IMG/VR virus record: IMGVR_UViG_3300023063_000003
Span: 2,749-66,748 of that record
DNA: 64,000 nucleotides
From: a virus
Reading direction: 5' to 3' (one strand)
Shown: piece after piece, positions 27,058-35,446 of the stretch
Layout: each line of letters opens with the position of its first letter
How positions within the stretch are numbered: position 1 is the first letter of the stretch
Made by a program: the position numbers and the translations under genes
Notes under the pieces: generated by a model
The model's database searches: none
What the model was told of the DNA's origin: nothing
What the model saw: only the letters and a program-made list of their open reading frames with translations

Positions 27058-27306
27058 TTAATTGAGACGTTGAGTGAATTGATTGATGAGATATTTTTCA
27101 AGCCGGTCGATGATTTTAAGTTGCTCATCGACCTGACTGGTATAAAGGTTGGTGCTGATTGTGTTGCTACTGCGCCGCTCGATCTCGGCCATTATTTTGA
27201 ATGACCATTGACCGCTGAATCCTCGAATATGCTCAAGAAATTTTTCGTCGGTCATGTCCTTAAATTCAGAACGCCACGATGTCCATGGATTTTTAAGGAT
27301 GTCCAT
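27058..27306 (-). CDS. Hypothetical protein (MTD..F paralog, RL-tail family)
   Basis: Ends YLINQFTQRLN*. Confidence 0.55.
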   Translation of the reverse strand: MDILKNPWTSWRSEFKDMTDEKFLEHIRGFSGQWSFKIMAEIERRSSNTISTNLYTSQVDEQLKIIDRLEKYLINQFTQRLN

Positions 27307-27529
27307 CGAGCCTCCGTATCACTTTTTGAGTGAAGCGATGTTCTAAATGTTTTATAAGGTAAATCTGTTCATTGGCATACATCGGAAATTTACGACCTGC
27401 ACGGCGTTGTATTTCAATCTGAATTAACGTCGACCAGGGCGTGCCGAGCTTCCAATACAGGTACGCGATAAATTCTGCATCGGTCATGGCAGCGAGCGCT
27501 TCGAGATCGAGAAGACGCTGCTTGCCCAT
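27293..27529 (-). CDS. Hypothetical protein (MTD..F paralog, RL-tail family)
   Basis: TGATG-coupled start MGKQRLL; ends FTQKVIRRLDGHP*. Confidence 0.55.
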   Translation of the reverse strand: MGKQRLLDLEALAAMTDAEFIAYLYWKLGTPWSTLIQIEIQRRAGRKFPMYANEQIYLIKHLEHRFTQKVIRRLDGHP

Positions 27530-27849
27530 CACGAGTTCAGTACCGCTATGGCCAGCTCGTGCATGGTCGGCGCTGCATTTCCCTTGAGCTGCATGCGCGT
27601 GTACAGCGCATAGCGTTCCAGCGACAGCGAACCGGGCACGAGGCCGCGCCAGGGCATCTTCACTGTCGTCGGCAGGTTGTTCACGGTGTTGACCCAGCCG
27701 GCGCCGTCCCACTTGCGACGGAACACGTGGCCACCACCGGTGACTGCCTCGTACTCGCCGACGACGGTCGGGCAGGTATCACCATCGAACCAATCGGTAC
27801 GCTCGAGGCCGTCGTTGACCGTACCAGCTACTTCAAACTGGACCGACAT
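27529..27849 (-). CDS. Hypothetical phage protein
   Basis: T.WF.G...P..VG.YE...WDG..W...WRGL motif; AAGGAG RBS. Confidence 0.6.
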   Translation of the reverse strand: MSVQFEVAGTVNDGLERTDWFDGDTCPTVVGEYEAVTGGGHVFRRKWDGAGWVNTVNNLPTTVKMPWRGLVPGSLSLERYALYTRMQLKGNAAPTMHELAIAVLNS

Positions 27850-28018
27850 TTTTATTCTCCTTTGCCGGCAATTCGGTGATAGTGATCTTCACCTCCTTGC
27901 CGGTATCGAGGTGGATCATTTCTTCGAGCGCGTCGAACACACGCCCATACAGGTTTGCATCAGGCTTGTTGCGCACGAGTGCTGCGACAGCATCAGCCAG
28001 TTTCAGACGTGGGTTCAT
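27833..28018 (-). CDS. Hypothetical protein
   Basis: GGAG RBS. Confidence 0.5.
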   Translation of the reverse strand: MNPRLKLADAVAALVRNKPDANLYGRVFDALEEMIHLDTGKEVKITITELPAKENKNVGPV

Positions 28019-28031
28019 GGCGCTCTCCGAA

Positions 28032-28580
28032 TTACATGAAGACGGGACGAATCAGCATCTCGACATTCCCGCCCATCATCTTCACTGCTTTGCCCGGGCC
28101 GTCGTTGAACTGATCACGGGCTTCGATCAAGCAACGATGATGCGCGTCGAACGACTCATGGACGACGTGGGAGTCGATACCATCCTGCTGGATCACCAGC
28201 AGGAAGCCGACAGGATCGCGGTCGGCCGGCAGCTTAGGCTCTTCCTTCAAGCCGGCGCCGGTCTGCACTGCGGCCTTGAGCAGCGCGTCCAGAGTGCGCT
28301 TGCGATCGGACTCGTTTGAAGCAGGACCAGGGCTGACGCCGGCGTCCGAGGTAGGTGCAGCTTCGGGTGCCGGTCCTTCAGTACGCTCTTCGATCGACGC
28401 GACTTTGACCCCTGTGTAGGTCAGCGGACCAATAGTGGCTTGAGCAGCTGCATGGATGCGCGAATACTCGGCCTGGGTTGTCGGCATCAGGTTGATGTCG
28501 ACTTTCATGTGCTCGGCGAGGGCGTTGACGGAATTGACGATGGAGAGAATTTCGTCGACAAGGATGACAGTGTGCTTCAT
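28032..28580 (-). CDS. Hypothetical protein
   Basis: AGGA RBS; codon usage like the neighbours. Confidence 0.55.
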   Translation of the reverse strand: MKHTVILVDEILSIVNSVNALAEHMKVDINLMPTTQAEYSRIHAAAQATIGPLTYTGVKVASIEERTEGPAPEAAPTSDAGVSPGPASNESDRKRTLDALLKAAVQTGAGLKEEPKLPADRDPVGFLLVIQQDGIDSHVVHESFDAHHRCLIEARDQFNDGPGKAVKMMGGNVEMLIRPVFM

Positions 28581-28617
28581 GGAGGTTCCTGAGATTGTAG
28601 ATAAAAGTGATACGCAA

Positions 28618-29019
28618 TTAATCGCGCAAGGTGGGCAGCACAGTAGAACCTTTTATAGACTCGTCCCAGTCTTTGTAGCGATACCCATACTTGACAAGCA
28701 GCGCTTCAAGCTCGCGCTCGTTGGCAGTTTCTGCCTTGAAGTTGCCGGCCATGAAAATCGTACCGATGAGGTGGGCCATGTGCATCATTGCCAAGCACTT
28801 CATGTCGAACTCATGCCCTTCAGGGAAGACGATCTCATCGAAGACTTCATGGGTCAGTTCTTCAGGAATCGCCAACTTGAAGACTTCTTCATCTTCTCGC
28901 TCGTCGTGGTATGCAACGACATACGCAGCACCATCTTGTGGATGGTAGCCAACGAGGAAGCATGTGCCATAGGTTTCATGGTGATACGCATGCCCGCGTT
29001 TGAGGTCGATGTGCTTCAT
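28618..29019 (-). CDS. Hypothetical protein
   Basis: AGGA RBS before MKHIDL; GNFKAET.NERELE motif. Confidence 0.55.
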   Translation of the reverse strand: MKHIDLKRGHAYHHETYGTCFLVGYHPQDGAAYVVAYHDEREDEEVFKLAIPEELTHEVFDEIVFPEGHEFDMKCLAMMHMAHLIGTIFMAGNFKAETANERELEALLVKYGYRYKDWDESIKGSTVLPTLRD

Positions 29020-29045
29020 GAGGTTTCCTAAAAACGAAGGTGTGG

Positions 29046-29073
29046 AAAAGGGAGCCAACTTCGGCTCCCTTCT
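29046..29073 (-). terminator. Intrinsic terminator
   Basis: AAGGGAGCC/GGCTCCCTT stem with a T-run. Confidence 0.7.
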
Positions 29074-29076
29074 TTA

Positions 29077-29190
29077 TTACTGCTGCTTCACGCTGATCGC
29101 TTTGAACCCGGTGGGCATCATCACGACCCGCTGCAAGACTAGCTTGAAGCCGAACCAGCGCAGCGCCCGGTTCAGTAGCCAGAGGATCAC
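29077..29190 (-). CDS. 37-aa small protein coupled to the upstream beta-rich protein
   Basis: GTGA overlap; MILWLLNRALRWFGFKLVLQRVVMMPTGFKAISVKQQ. Confidence 0.45.
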   Translation of the reverse strand: MILWLLNRALRWFGFKLVLQRVVMMPTGFKAISVKQQ

Positions 29191-29543
29191 GCCTGCGGCG
29201 TCACCGTGTAGGTGAACGCCGTGGGCATATCGATCGAGACCGTCGTCGGAGGCACAACGACCTCCTTGATGATGACTGGGCCGGTGATCGCCGGCGCCAG
29301 TGGCACGCCGGTGGTGCTGTCCAGACGCGAGATGGCCAGGACGTAGGTGCCCACGTCGAGGTCGGCCAGGGACACGCTCAGGCCGGCTGGATCGAAGTCG
29401 GTCGACTTGACAGCAGTGGTGCTGGTGACGCCATCATCGCCGACAGGAAATAGGTCGGCGTGCAGCGTGGAGGCTGCGACGGTGTCAGCTGGGAAGTTGG
29501 TGGCGGTCAGGGCGAGCAGGGTAGCGAGGACGGTGTATTTCAT
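29187..29543 (-). CDS. Beta-rich, Ig-like protein, possibly exported or virion-associated
   Basis: GGAG RBS; hydrophobic N-terminus; L..GTY.L strand pattern. Confidence 0.55.
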   Translation of the reverse strand: MKYTVLATLLALTATNFPADTVAASTLHADLFPVGDDGVTSTTAVKSTDFDPAGLSVSLADLDVGTYVLAISRLDSTTGVPLAPAITGPVIIKEVVVPPTTVSIDMPTAFTYTVTPQA

Positions 29544-29644
29544 AAGGACTCCGAGGGTTTATGGGGTTGATGAGGTTGTCAGAAATGCCTGACAGGGCAG
29601 GGAGAAGAGCAGATATTCTACAACAGGTTTGTTACTGGTCGGAA

Positions 29645-29951
29645 TTAATGGACCTGGTTGACCGGTGCGAAGTCGCGGATCGGCCAGCTGTATTCTGCGC
29701 TCAGCTCGAGGGCGTAAGCACGTGCATCTTCAACGCGAGCAAAGTCACCGACACATGCGACACCACCTTCGACCGAGTGCAGGTACACCGAGTATGCACT
29801 CGGATCGATATTATCGACCTCATACGTGTAGCTGTCGGCGCCGGTTTTGGTAACTCGAGACACCATTGATCTCGATGCCATCGAAATTGGCCGGCTTGTC
29901 TTCGATGACAGCCGTGGCGTAGCGGTCGATTGAATAATCAGTGAGGCTCAT
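29645..29951 (-). pseudogene. Phage hypothetical gene apparently split by a 1-nt frameshift near 29858
   Basis: RBS+ATG 29951 gives MSLTDY...FDGIEINGV. The protein-like continuation RVTKTGADSYTYEVDN...CVGDF lies in the +1 frame. Confidence 0.5.
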
Positions 29952-29953
29952 GA

Positions 29954-30403
29954 TCAATCTCCCAGTGCGCCGAGCGCATTGTGCAGGCGATCGTCGAGCG
30001 TTTCGAGCGCGTGCCAGTTTGGACCAGGGACCACATCGACCAGCGGGCCGAATGTATCAGCTTGCGTGTCGATCTGCGCATAGTATTCAGGTTCAAGCCG
30101 GCGCTGCATTTGGCTGATCAGTGCCATCGCTTCGTTGATGCGGCCCACTGCGATGTCAACCTTCGCCGGGTCCAGTGCAGCGTCATCTTCTTCCTGCTGC
30201 GCAACGAGCAGCTTAAGCTGGGCTTCATCGACTTCAGCGAAGCATGCCGTGAAGGTCTGCACATTGTTGTTCGTGCTGACGCGCAGCACAACTTCCATCT
30301 TGCTCACATCGGCTTGCTCGACATATTTATCGACATAGTCGAGCAGCGCGTCGCGCACCTCGGTGTCTGTCATACGGACAGCGAGGTTTCGTTGTACTTC
30401 CAT
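29954..30403 (-). CDS. Hypothetical protein
   Basis: AGGAG RBS. Confidence 0.55.
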   Translation of the reverse strand: MEVQRNLAVRMTDTEVRDALLDYVDKYVEQADVSKMEVVLRVSTNNNVQTFTACFAEVDEAQLKLLVAQQEEDDAALDPAKVDIAVGRINEAMALISQMQRRLEPEYYAQIDTQADTFGPLVDVVPGPNWHALETLDDRLHNALGALGD

Positions 30404-30404
30404 G

Positions 30405-30893
30405 TCAATCTCCTAAAATGGATTCGGGTTTCGTTTTTATCTGACCATAGAACATGGCCAGGAGCGGGTCTGGTCTTGGAATTATTGAGTTCGTGCGGCG
30501 CACATGAAAGTGCTCATCGTCTTTCATCAGGTGCAGCATGCGCCCGGTATAAAGCGGTACAGCTTTTTCCTTCGGCCCGAACTGCGCATGGTCAGCGATC
30601 TTGGCGTGGACATTGCGCATCGCAGTCATGAACTCGGTGACACGTTCTTCATCCAACGTCAGCTGGTATTCAGGCTGCTGGTAGTACGCCTGTCTGGTCG
30701 ACGTCGTACCGACGACGCGCAGCATGTCAGCTTGCTTCAGATCGGCGATGTACTTGCGTGCGCCCGATGATGAGAACTTGAGGAAGAAGCATACTGCGTC
30801 GAGTGTCATCGGCCGCTGGCGCAGCTCATCGATCAGCCGGGTCATGTGTTCGATGCGACGTTTTACTGCGGTGGTGAGGCGCTGGTTTGGCAT
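30405..30893 (-). CDS. Winged-helix DNA-binding protein
   Basis: L....MT...C..L.FS.SGARKY..DL HTH; C-terminal DPLLAMFYG. Confidence 0.65.
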   Translation of the reverse strand: MPNQRLTTAVKRRIEHMTRLIDELRQRPMTLDAVCFFLKFSSSGARKYIADLKQADMLRVVGTTSTRQAYYQQPEYQLTLDEERVTEFMTAMRNVHAKIADHAQFGPKEKAVPLYTGRMLHLMKDDEHFHVRRTNSIIPRPDPLLAMFYGQIKTKPESILGD

Positions 30894-30901
30894 GATGGTC
30901 C

Positions 30902-31153
30902 CTAGAGAGTACTGACGGAGGATTTACAAACATCGCAATGATACCGGCGTATCGCCGCATTGTTCGTCGGGTTGCGTCCGTTAGCTTGTACCTTGATATC
31001 TGGATGATCGCAGAGCAGTTTAGAAACGCGCAGTGCGATGGACTTTTCGACGCGCCTGATCACAACTTCGTCATTGACTCTAATGAGTTTATCGCGCAAA
31101 ACGCACAGTTCCCTGCGCAGCACTTTGTTGATCTGTTCGGCGGGCGACGGCAT
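30902..31153 (-). CDS. Small zinc-ribbon protein
   Basis: CDH....CDVC. Confidence 0.5.
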   Translation of the reverse strand: MPSPAEQINKVLRRELCVLRDKLIRVNDEVVIRRVEKSIALRVSKLLCDHPDIKVQANGRNPTNNAAIRRYHCDVCKSSVSTL

Positions 31154-31154
31154 A

Positions 31155-31397
31155 TTAGTTTCCTTTAAGAGTCGAACCGAGGCCCGCAGTGACGAAGCAC
31201 TGCATGCAGGTCACTGCATCTGCATTCACTTGCGCACTCACTTGCAGGGTGCCGTCATGCAGGCACAAGACCTGCGACGTGTAACGGGCGATCCGACTTT
31301 CATCAGGATTGATGAAGCCTGTTTCTATACTGAGCAGGGACTTTGCACGAGCGGCGAGCGCGTTGACGAGGAAGGGATTGTTCATCACGCTCTCCAA
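31155..31397 (-). CDS. Small Cys/His protein
   Basis: CLH....CMQC. Confidence 0.45.
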   Translation of the reverse strand: MESVMNNPFLVNALAARAKSLLSIETGFINPDESRIARYTSQVLCLHDGTLQVSAQVNADAVTCMQCFVTAGLGSTLKGN

Positions 31398-31615
31398 TAT
31401 GTACTGGCACCGCAGTCTTCACAGATGATCTCCGGACCCTGCTGGTATAGGTCGCCATGCTGGCATATCTTCTGGCTGACCAGCAGTACGATCTCGGCGG
31501 CCGGGTACCCGCCGGCTACTGCTGCGGCCAGGAGATCGGTGGTGCGCGCGGTGATCTGTGCACGGAGAGGCAATAAGGATAATGCAGGTAGAGGCGGACT
31601 CACTTCATCCTCCAT
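31385..31615 (-). CDS. Small zinc-ribbon protein
   Basis: CQH....CEDC. Confidence 0.45.
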   Translation of the reverse strand: MEDEVSPPLPALSLLPLRAQITARTTDLLAAAVAGGYPAAEIVLLVSQKICQHGDLYQQGPEIICEDCGASTYWRA

Positions 31616-31881
31616 ATCCGCAGGTTCTCACCTTCTTTACGCTGCGTGAACTTGAACCCAGTGGCGCGCTCCATGTTGCTGGCAACTGGTTTGCGCGTGT
31701 AAGGCACGAGGACACTGTCGCCCACTTCCATAGCTCGTGCAGTTTCGGCGAGGTTTGATGTGCGCCGCAGACCAGCATATGGTGGAAGCGGCACGCCCTT
31801 GTCGATGGGCAGCGCCTTTGGTGGCGCTGCATCCTTATCAACCGGCTTGCCCATGAAGTACCGCTGCGTGTTTTCACTCAT
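31600..31881 (-). CDS. Small DNA-binding protein
   Basis: IDKGVPLP...MEVGDS...F..R......RIWR phage family pattern. Confidence 0.65.
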   Translation of the reverse strand: MSENTQRYFMGKPVDKDAAPPKALPIDKGVPLPPYAGLRRTSNLAETARAMEVGDSVLVPYTRKPVASNMERATGFKFTQRKEGENLRIWRMK

Positions 31882-31894
31882 GTCCTACTCCTAT

Positions 31895-34800
31895 CTATTT
31901 TGTCGTTTTACCTCCCACTGCCTTCAGTTTAACTGGCGTGACAGGCAGAGGCGAGATCAGTGTGCTGAACTCGGTGATGCGTTTGGGTTCGGACCACGTC
32001 GTCGTGATGCCCTGCAGCGCGCGGCTGTCGATCCAGACCTTCGTCATGTGGATGCGGTGATGCTTCAACATCGACGTGAACTTGTTGGCCGTCTCCGGCA
32101 CGTTGCCGACCGTGTAGTCGAACATGACATGCAGCTCGTCGCGCGAGATGTGACATGCGCCGGTCTGCGGGTTCGTACGAGCCAGGATCGTGAGTAGCAC
32201 CTCTTTATAGTCTTCGACCTTGTTGGCACGCAGCGCATTGCGCTTGTACGTGTCGTCGCTGGGGAGCTGGTCGATGAAGAATTCCATGTTGCCGTTGATG
32301 ACATTGTTCACAGCGACATCGACTGAGGTCTCACTGATGCTGATCATCGTCTGCCGGTCCTGTGTATCAATGACCTGTCCGGACAGTGCCTTGTCAGCTT
32401 TGTAGGCCATCAGGTAATCATGGAACGCTTGCAGCTCCGTCTCGATCTGGTCGAGATCAGCTTCCGAGAGCTGCAGCTTATTGGGCTGGAACCGGGCTAC
32501 GTTGTGGCGACGATCGTTGAGCGTCAACACCACCGGCTCGGGTTTGTTCGAGGCGAAGATCAGGTTGGTGCGATTGTCATATTCACCGGACCCGGTCCAC
32601 ATGGCACGGATCGCGATCGTCGGCTCCGTGATCCAATTGCGCAGCCGGGCACCGACGCCTTTCTCGTTGTTGAGCGCCTTCGCTTCGATCTCGTCGATGA
32701 AGGTGACGAATTTGTTGAGCAGGAAGTCGTTGTACTTTTCATTGAGGTCTTCCATCGGCCGCACGGACGTCTGGTTCAGACCGAGCAGCGGACGGATGAT
32801 CTTGTGCATCATCGCGCCCTTGCCCGTGTTATGTACAGCGAAGCCATTTGCGATGTAGTTCTGGTATGGCGCTTTCATCGTCAGGTCGTACGTCATTTCA
32901 ATTCCATCAGCAATGATGCTAGCGACGGTCTCGATCTTGGTGCTGATCATACCCAGTCCAACTGACTTGGCATGGTGCTGATCGTGATTGAGCTTATCGA
33001 TTACCTTGAGATTACTGAGGGCGTCGTTGAGCGGGTTCTCATCGGCATGATGCACGATCTCGTCGACTGATAAGTACAACAGCTGTGCAGCGCGGGCGGC
33101 ATCGTTACGGATGATGCTGATAAATTCGTCGAGCGACATATTGTTCATGTCAGCTTCGACAACGAGTCGCGCAGTGTGCATGCGCTTATAGTCCTTGCCG
33201 CCGACTATCTGCTTCCATGCGTAGGGATGGTGCGGGATTGAATACGTCGTGTGCCGAGGCAAACGGCCCCGTGGCTCAGCTATATGATCATTGTGATCGC
33301 CTTCTACAACGACCTCGTCACCAGGTTGCAGATCATGTAGGTTCGTGAACGATCCATCAGGGCGCATGAATGGGTGCAGCATAGATACCCTGATACTACG
33401 ACCTGTGTTGGTCGTGAGAGCGTAGAGTTGCTTTTCACCGGCCTCGACAATGCGATAGATTTCATGGAAGCCGATTGTCATGCCATCTTTTACCGACTTG
33501 GTGCGTGTGACGATACCGGGTTGCCATGTTTTGCCTTTGCCTGTTCCGAGCTTGTAGGTACCTTGGGTTTTGGCAAACGCATCCTTGACAGTAAGTGGCC
33601 GGCCACCTCTACGTGTACCACGATTGAAATCGAGCACCGTATCACCAGCCAAGCAGCCTTCGACGCCATGCAATATCCAGGCCGTCTTGGTGCGCACTTT
33701 GTACTGAAAGATGCAAGCCAACCAATTAATGAAATGGTCGAAGATTTCTGCATCATCGTTAAGCGCGTGAGAAATCGTACGCGTAATCATCGGTGGGATG
33801 TGCATGACTTTCTTCGCCTTGGCTTTGCCGTAGATTGTCGGCTCGTATGTGTTGATGGTCTTGGTCGTCTGGTCGACGCGGATACGTGACTGCGGGTCGA
33901 AGATCATGCTCCACTCCGGGATGAAGTCACCGAGAGGGATGCCGTACTGCTTGGCGAAGTGGCGAATCTGCGTTTCGTTCTTGGCCGGGACCAGGTCCAG
34001 CAGGTCCAGCCCTGGGTCATACGTGCCACGGTAGTAGACGCTGGTCTTGCGATCCAAGAACGTCAGGTACATCAGTCCGGACGAACTGATCTTGACCGAC
34101 TGCTGCGTGAGTTCTTCCCAATATTCTGGCAACAGTTCCTTGGTGACGTAGGTCGGCTCGCCTTTGAAATTGTAGATGAAGTCCGGATTGTTCTCGGGGT
34201 GGTAGTACGCCCACGAGTCGCCGCCGTTGAGATTGAAGTAGACATAACCGCGGTCGGTCTTCATTTCGCTGATCGTGGCGCTGTCCGGTTTGGTCAATAC
34301 CTGATTGGCGCCGACCATCTTATATACATACTTGCGGCTTGGCAGGCCGGTGGCTTTGCGCAGGTCGTCGATACGGGCATGGGTCAAAGCGCGATTGGCC
34401 TCAGTGCTTGCGATGGTGCTCGGGATGGTGAGCGTTGCATTCTTCCCGGCCACGAACGTGATGCGGGACTTGTTGTTCATCGGGTCTTTGATGCCGCCCT
34501 TTAATACCGGCGAAGCGATGTAGATCAGTTTGTCATTCTGGCAGGCGGTGATATCCAGTGGCCAGGACAACGCGTTACCTGTCTTTGTCAGGCTCATGGC
34601 ATTGCGCAGCGTGGCGACCTGGTGGTTGATACCGATCAGCCATTGCTTGAGAAGTGGTGCAGCCATTGGCTTGGACAGCTGCATGAAGACATGGGCACGC
34701 AGGTCTTTGTTCTCGATGCCGTAGGACGCCGAGTATTGGATCACGTACGAGATGTCGTCGAGGCCGAGTTCCTTGAGGAAGGCAGACACTGTGGTCAGGT

Positions 34801-35092
34801 TCGGGATGCCATCGAGATCGAGCACGATCCAGTCAGTGGCTGCGTTGCTGTCCGTGCTGCCCTTGCGTGACTCGTTCATGAGTGGCTTGGCGATTGAACC
34901 CTTGAGCATGCAGTGACCGAGCGCGGCGTGTTTGCGTATGAGTTGTTCGAGACGCTTGATATCGGTGCAGGGTTCCTCGATCGAGGTGAACTCGTATGCG
35001 TTCGGGTAGGGATACTTTTCAAGGGTGCCATCTTTCTGCTTGACGTACGTTTTTGTGAGCGAAATCGATGCCTTGAGAAAGATGAGTTTCAT
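31895..35092 (-). CDS. Primase-helicase (AEP-like N-terminus, SF3/D5-like helicase) containing an intein
   Basis: LDLD and RAHVF primase motifs; P-loop GVEG/TGK split by an intein; FIDEI, FASN, DRR. Confidence 0.85.
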   Translation of the reverse strand: MKLIFLKASISLTKTYVKQKDGTLEKYPYPNAYEFTSIEEPCTDIKRLEQLIRKHAALGHCMLKGSIAKPLMNESRKGSTDSNAATDWIVLDLDGIPNLTTVSAFLKELGLDDISYVIQYSASYGIENKDLRAHVFMQLSKPMAAPLLKQWLIGINHQVATLRNAMSLTKTGNALSWPLDITACQNDKLIYIASPVLKGGIKDPMNNKSRITFVAGKNATLTIPSTIASTEANRALTHARIDDLRKATGLPSRKYVYKMVGANQVLTKPDSATISEMKTDRGYVYFNLNGGDSWAYYHPENNPDFIYNFKGEPTYVTKELLPEYWEELTQQSVKISSSGLMYLTFLDRKTSVYYRGTYDPGLDLLDLVPAKNETQIRHFAKQYGIPLGDFIPEWSMIFDPQSRIRVDQTTKTINTYEPTIYGKAKAKKVMHIPPMITRTISHALNDDAEIFDHFINWLACIFQYKVRTKTAWILHGVEGCLAGDTVLDFNRGTRRGGRPLTVKDAFAKTQGTYKLGTGKGKTWQPGIVTRTKSVKDGMTIGFHEIYRIVEAGEKQLYALTTNTGRSIRVSMLHPFMRPDGSFTNLHDLQPGDEVVVEGDHNDHIAEPRGRLPRHTTYSIPHHPYAWKQIVGGKDYKRMHTARLVVEADMNNMSLDEFISIIRNDAARAAQLLYLSVDEIVHHADENPLNDALSNLKVIDKLNHDQHHAKSVGLGMISTKIETVASIIADGIEMTYDLTMKAPYQNYIANGFAVHNTGKGAMMHKIIRPLLGLNQTSVRPMEDLNEKYNDFLLNKFVTFIDEIEAKALNNEKGVGARLRNWITEPTIAIRAMWTGSGEYDNRTNLIFASNKPEPVVLTLNDRRHNVARFQPNKLQLSEADLDQIETELQAFHDYLMAYKADKALSGQVIDTQDRQTMISISETSVDVAVNNVINGNMEFFIDQLPSDDTYKRNALRANKVEDYKEVLLTILARTNPQTGACHISRDELHVMFDYTVGNVPETANKFTSMLKHHRIHMTKVWIDSRALQGITTTWSEPKRITEFSTLISPLPVTPVKLKAVGGKTTK
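32828..33655 (-). mobile_element. Intein (276 aa) with HNH homing-endonuclease domain, inserted in Walker A
   Basis: Begins CLAGDT after GVEG; block B S..HPF; HHADENPLNDALSNL HNH; ends TYDL..NYIANGFAVHN followed by Thr (TGK). Confidence 0.92.
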
Positions 35093-35224
35093 TTGAGTCT
35101 CTGGAAGAATTTGGTAGGAAATTGGCTATAGCGAGGCTTTCCGCTGGGCATCACTGTAGCATGTGGCTGTTGGTGTCGTAAAGCACTGCTGAGCGCAGCA
35201 CAAAGACCGGAAGAGTGGAATTTG

Positions 35225-35237
35225 TAAGTCGTTGATT
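35225..35237 (-). promoter_or_regulatory. IHF consensus site
   Basis: Minus strand AATCAACGACTTA matches WATCAANNNNTTR. Confidence 0.5.
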
Positions 35238-35255
35238 TCAAACGTACTCTTCTGC

Positions 35256-35376
<121 letters not shown>

Positions 35377-35384
35377 GTGATGTT

Positions 35385-35424
35385 AAAAAAGTAATAGCCA
35401 CGACCTTCGCAGGTCGTGGCTATT
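35385..35424 (-). terminator. Strong intrinsic (possibly bidirectional) terminator
   Basis: 14-bp perfect stem AATAGCCACGACCT/AGGTCGTGGCTATT. Confidence 0.75.
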
Positions 35425-35446
35425 TATATAGTTTATATCGTTTATA

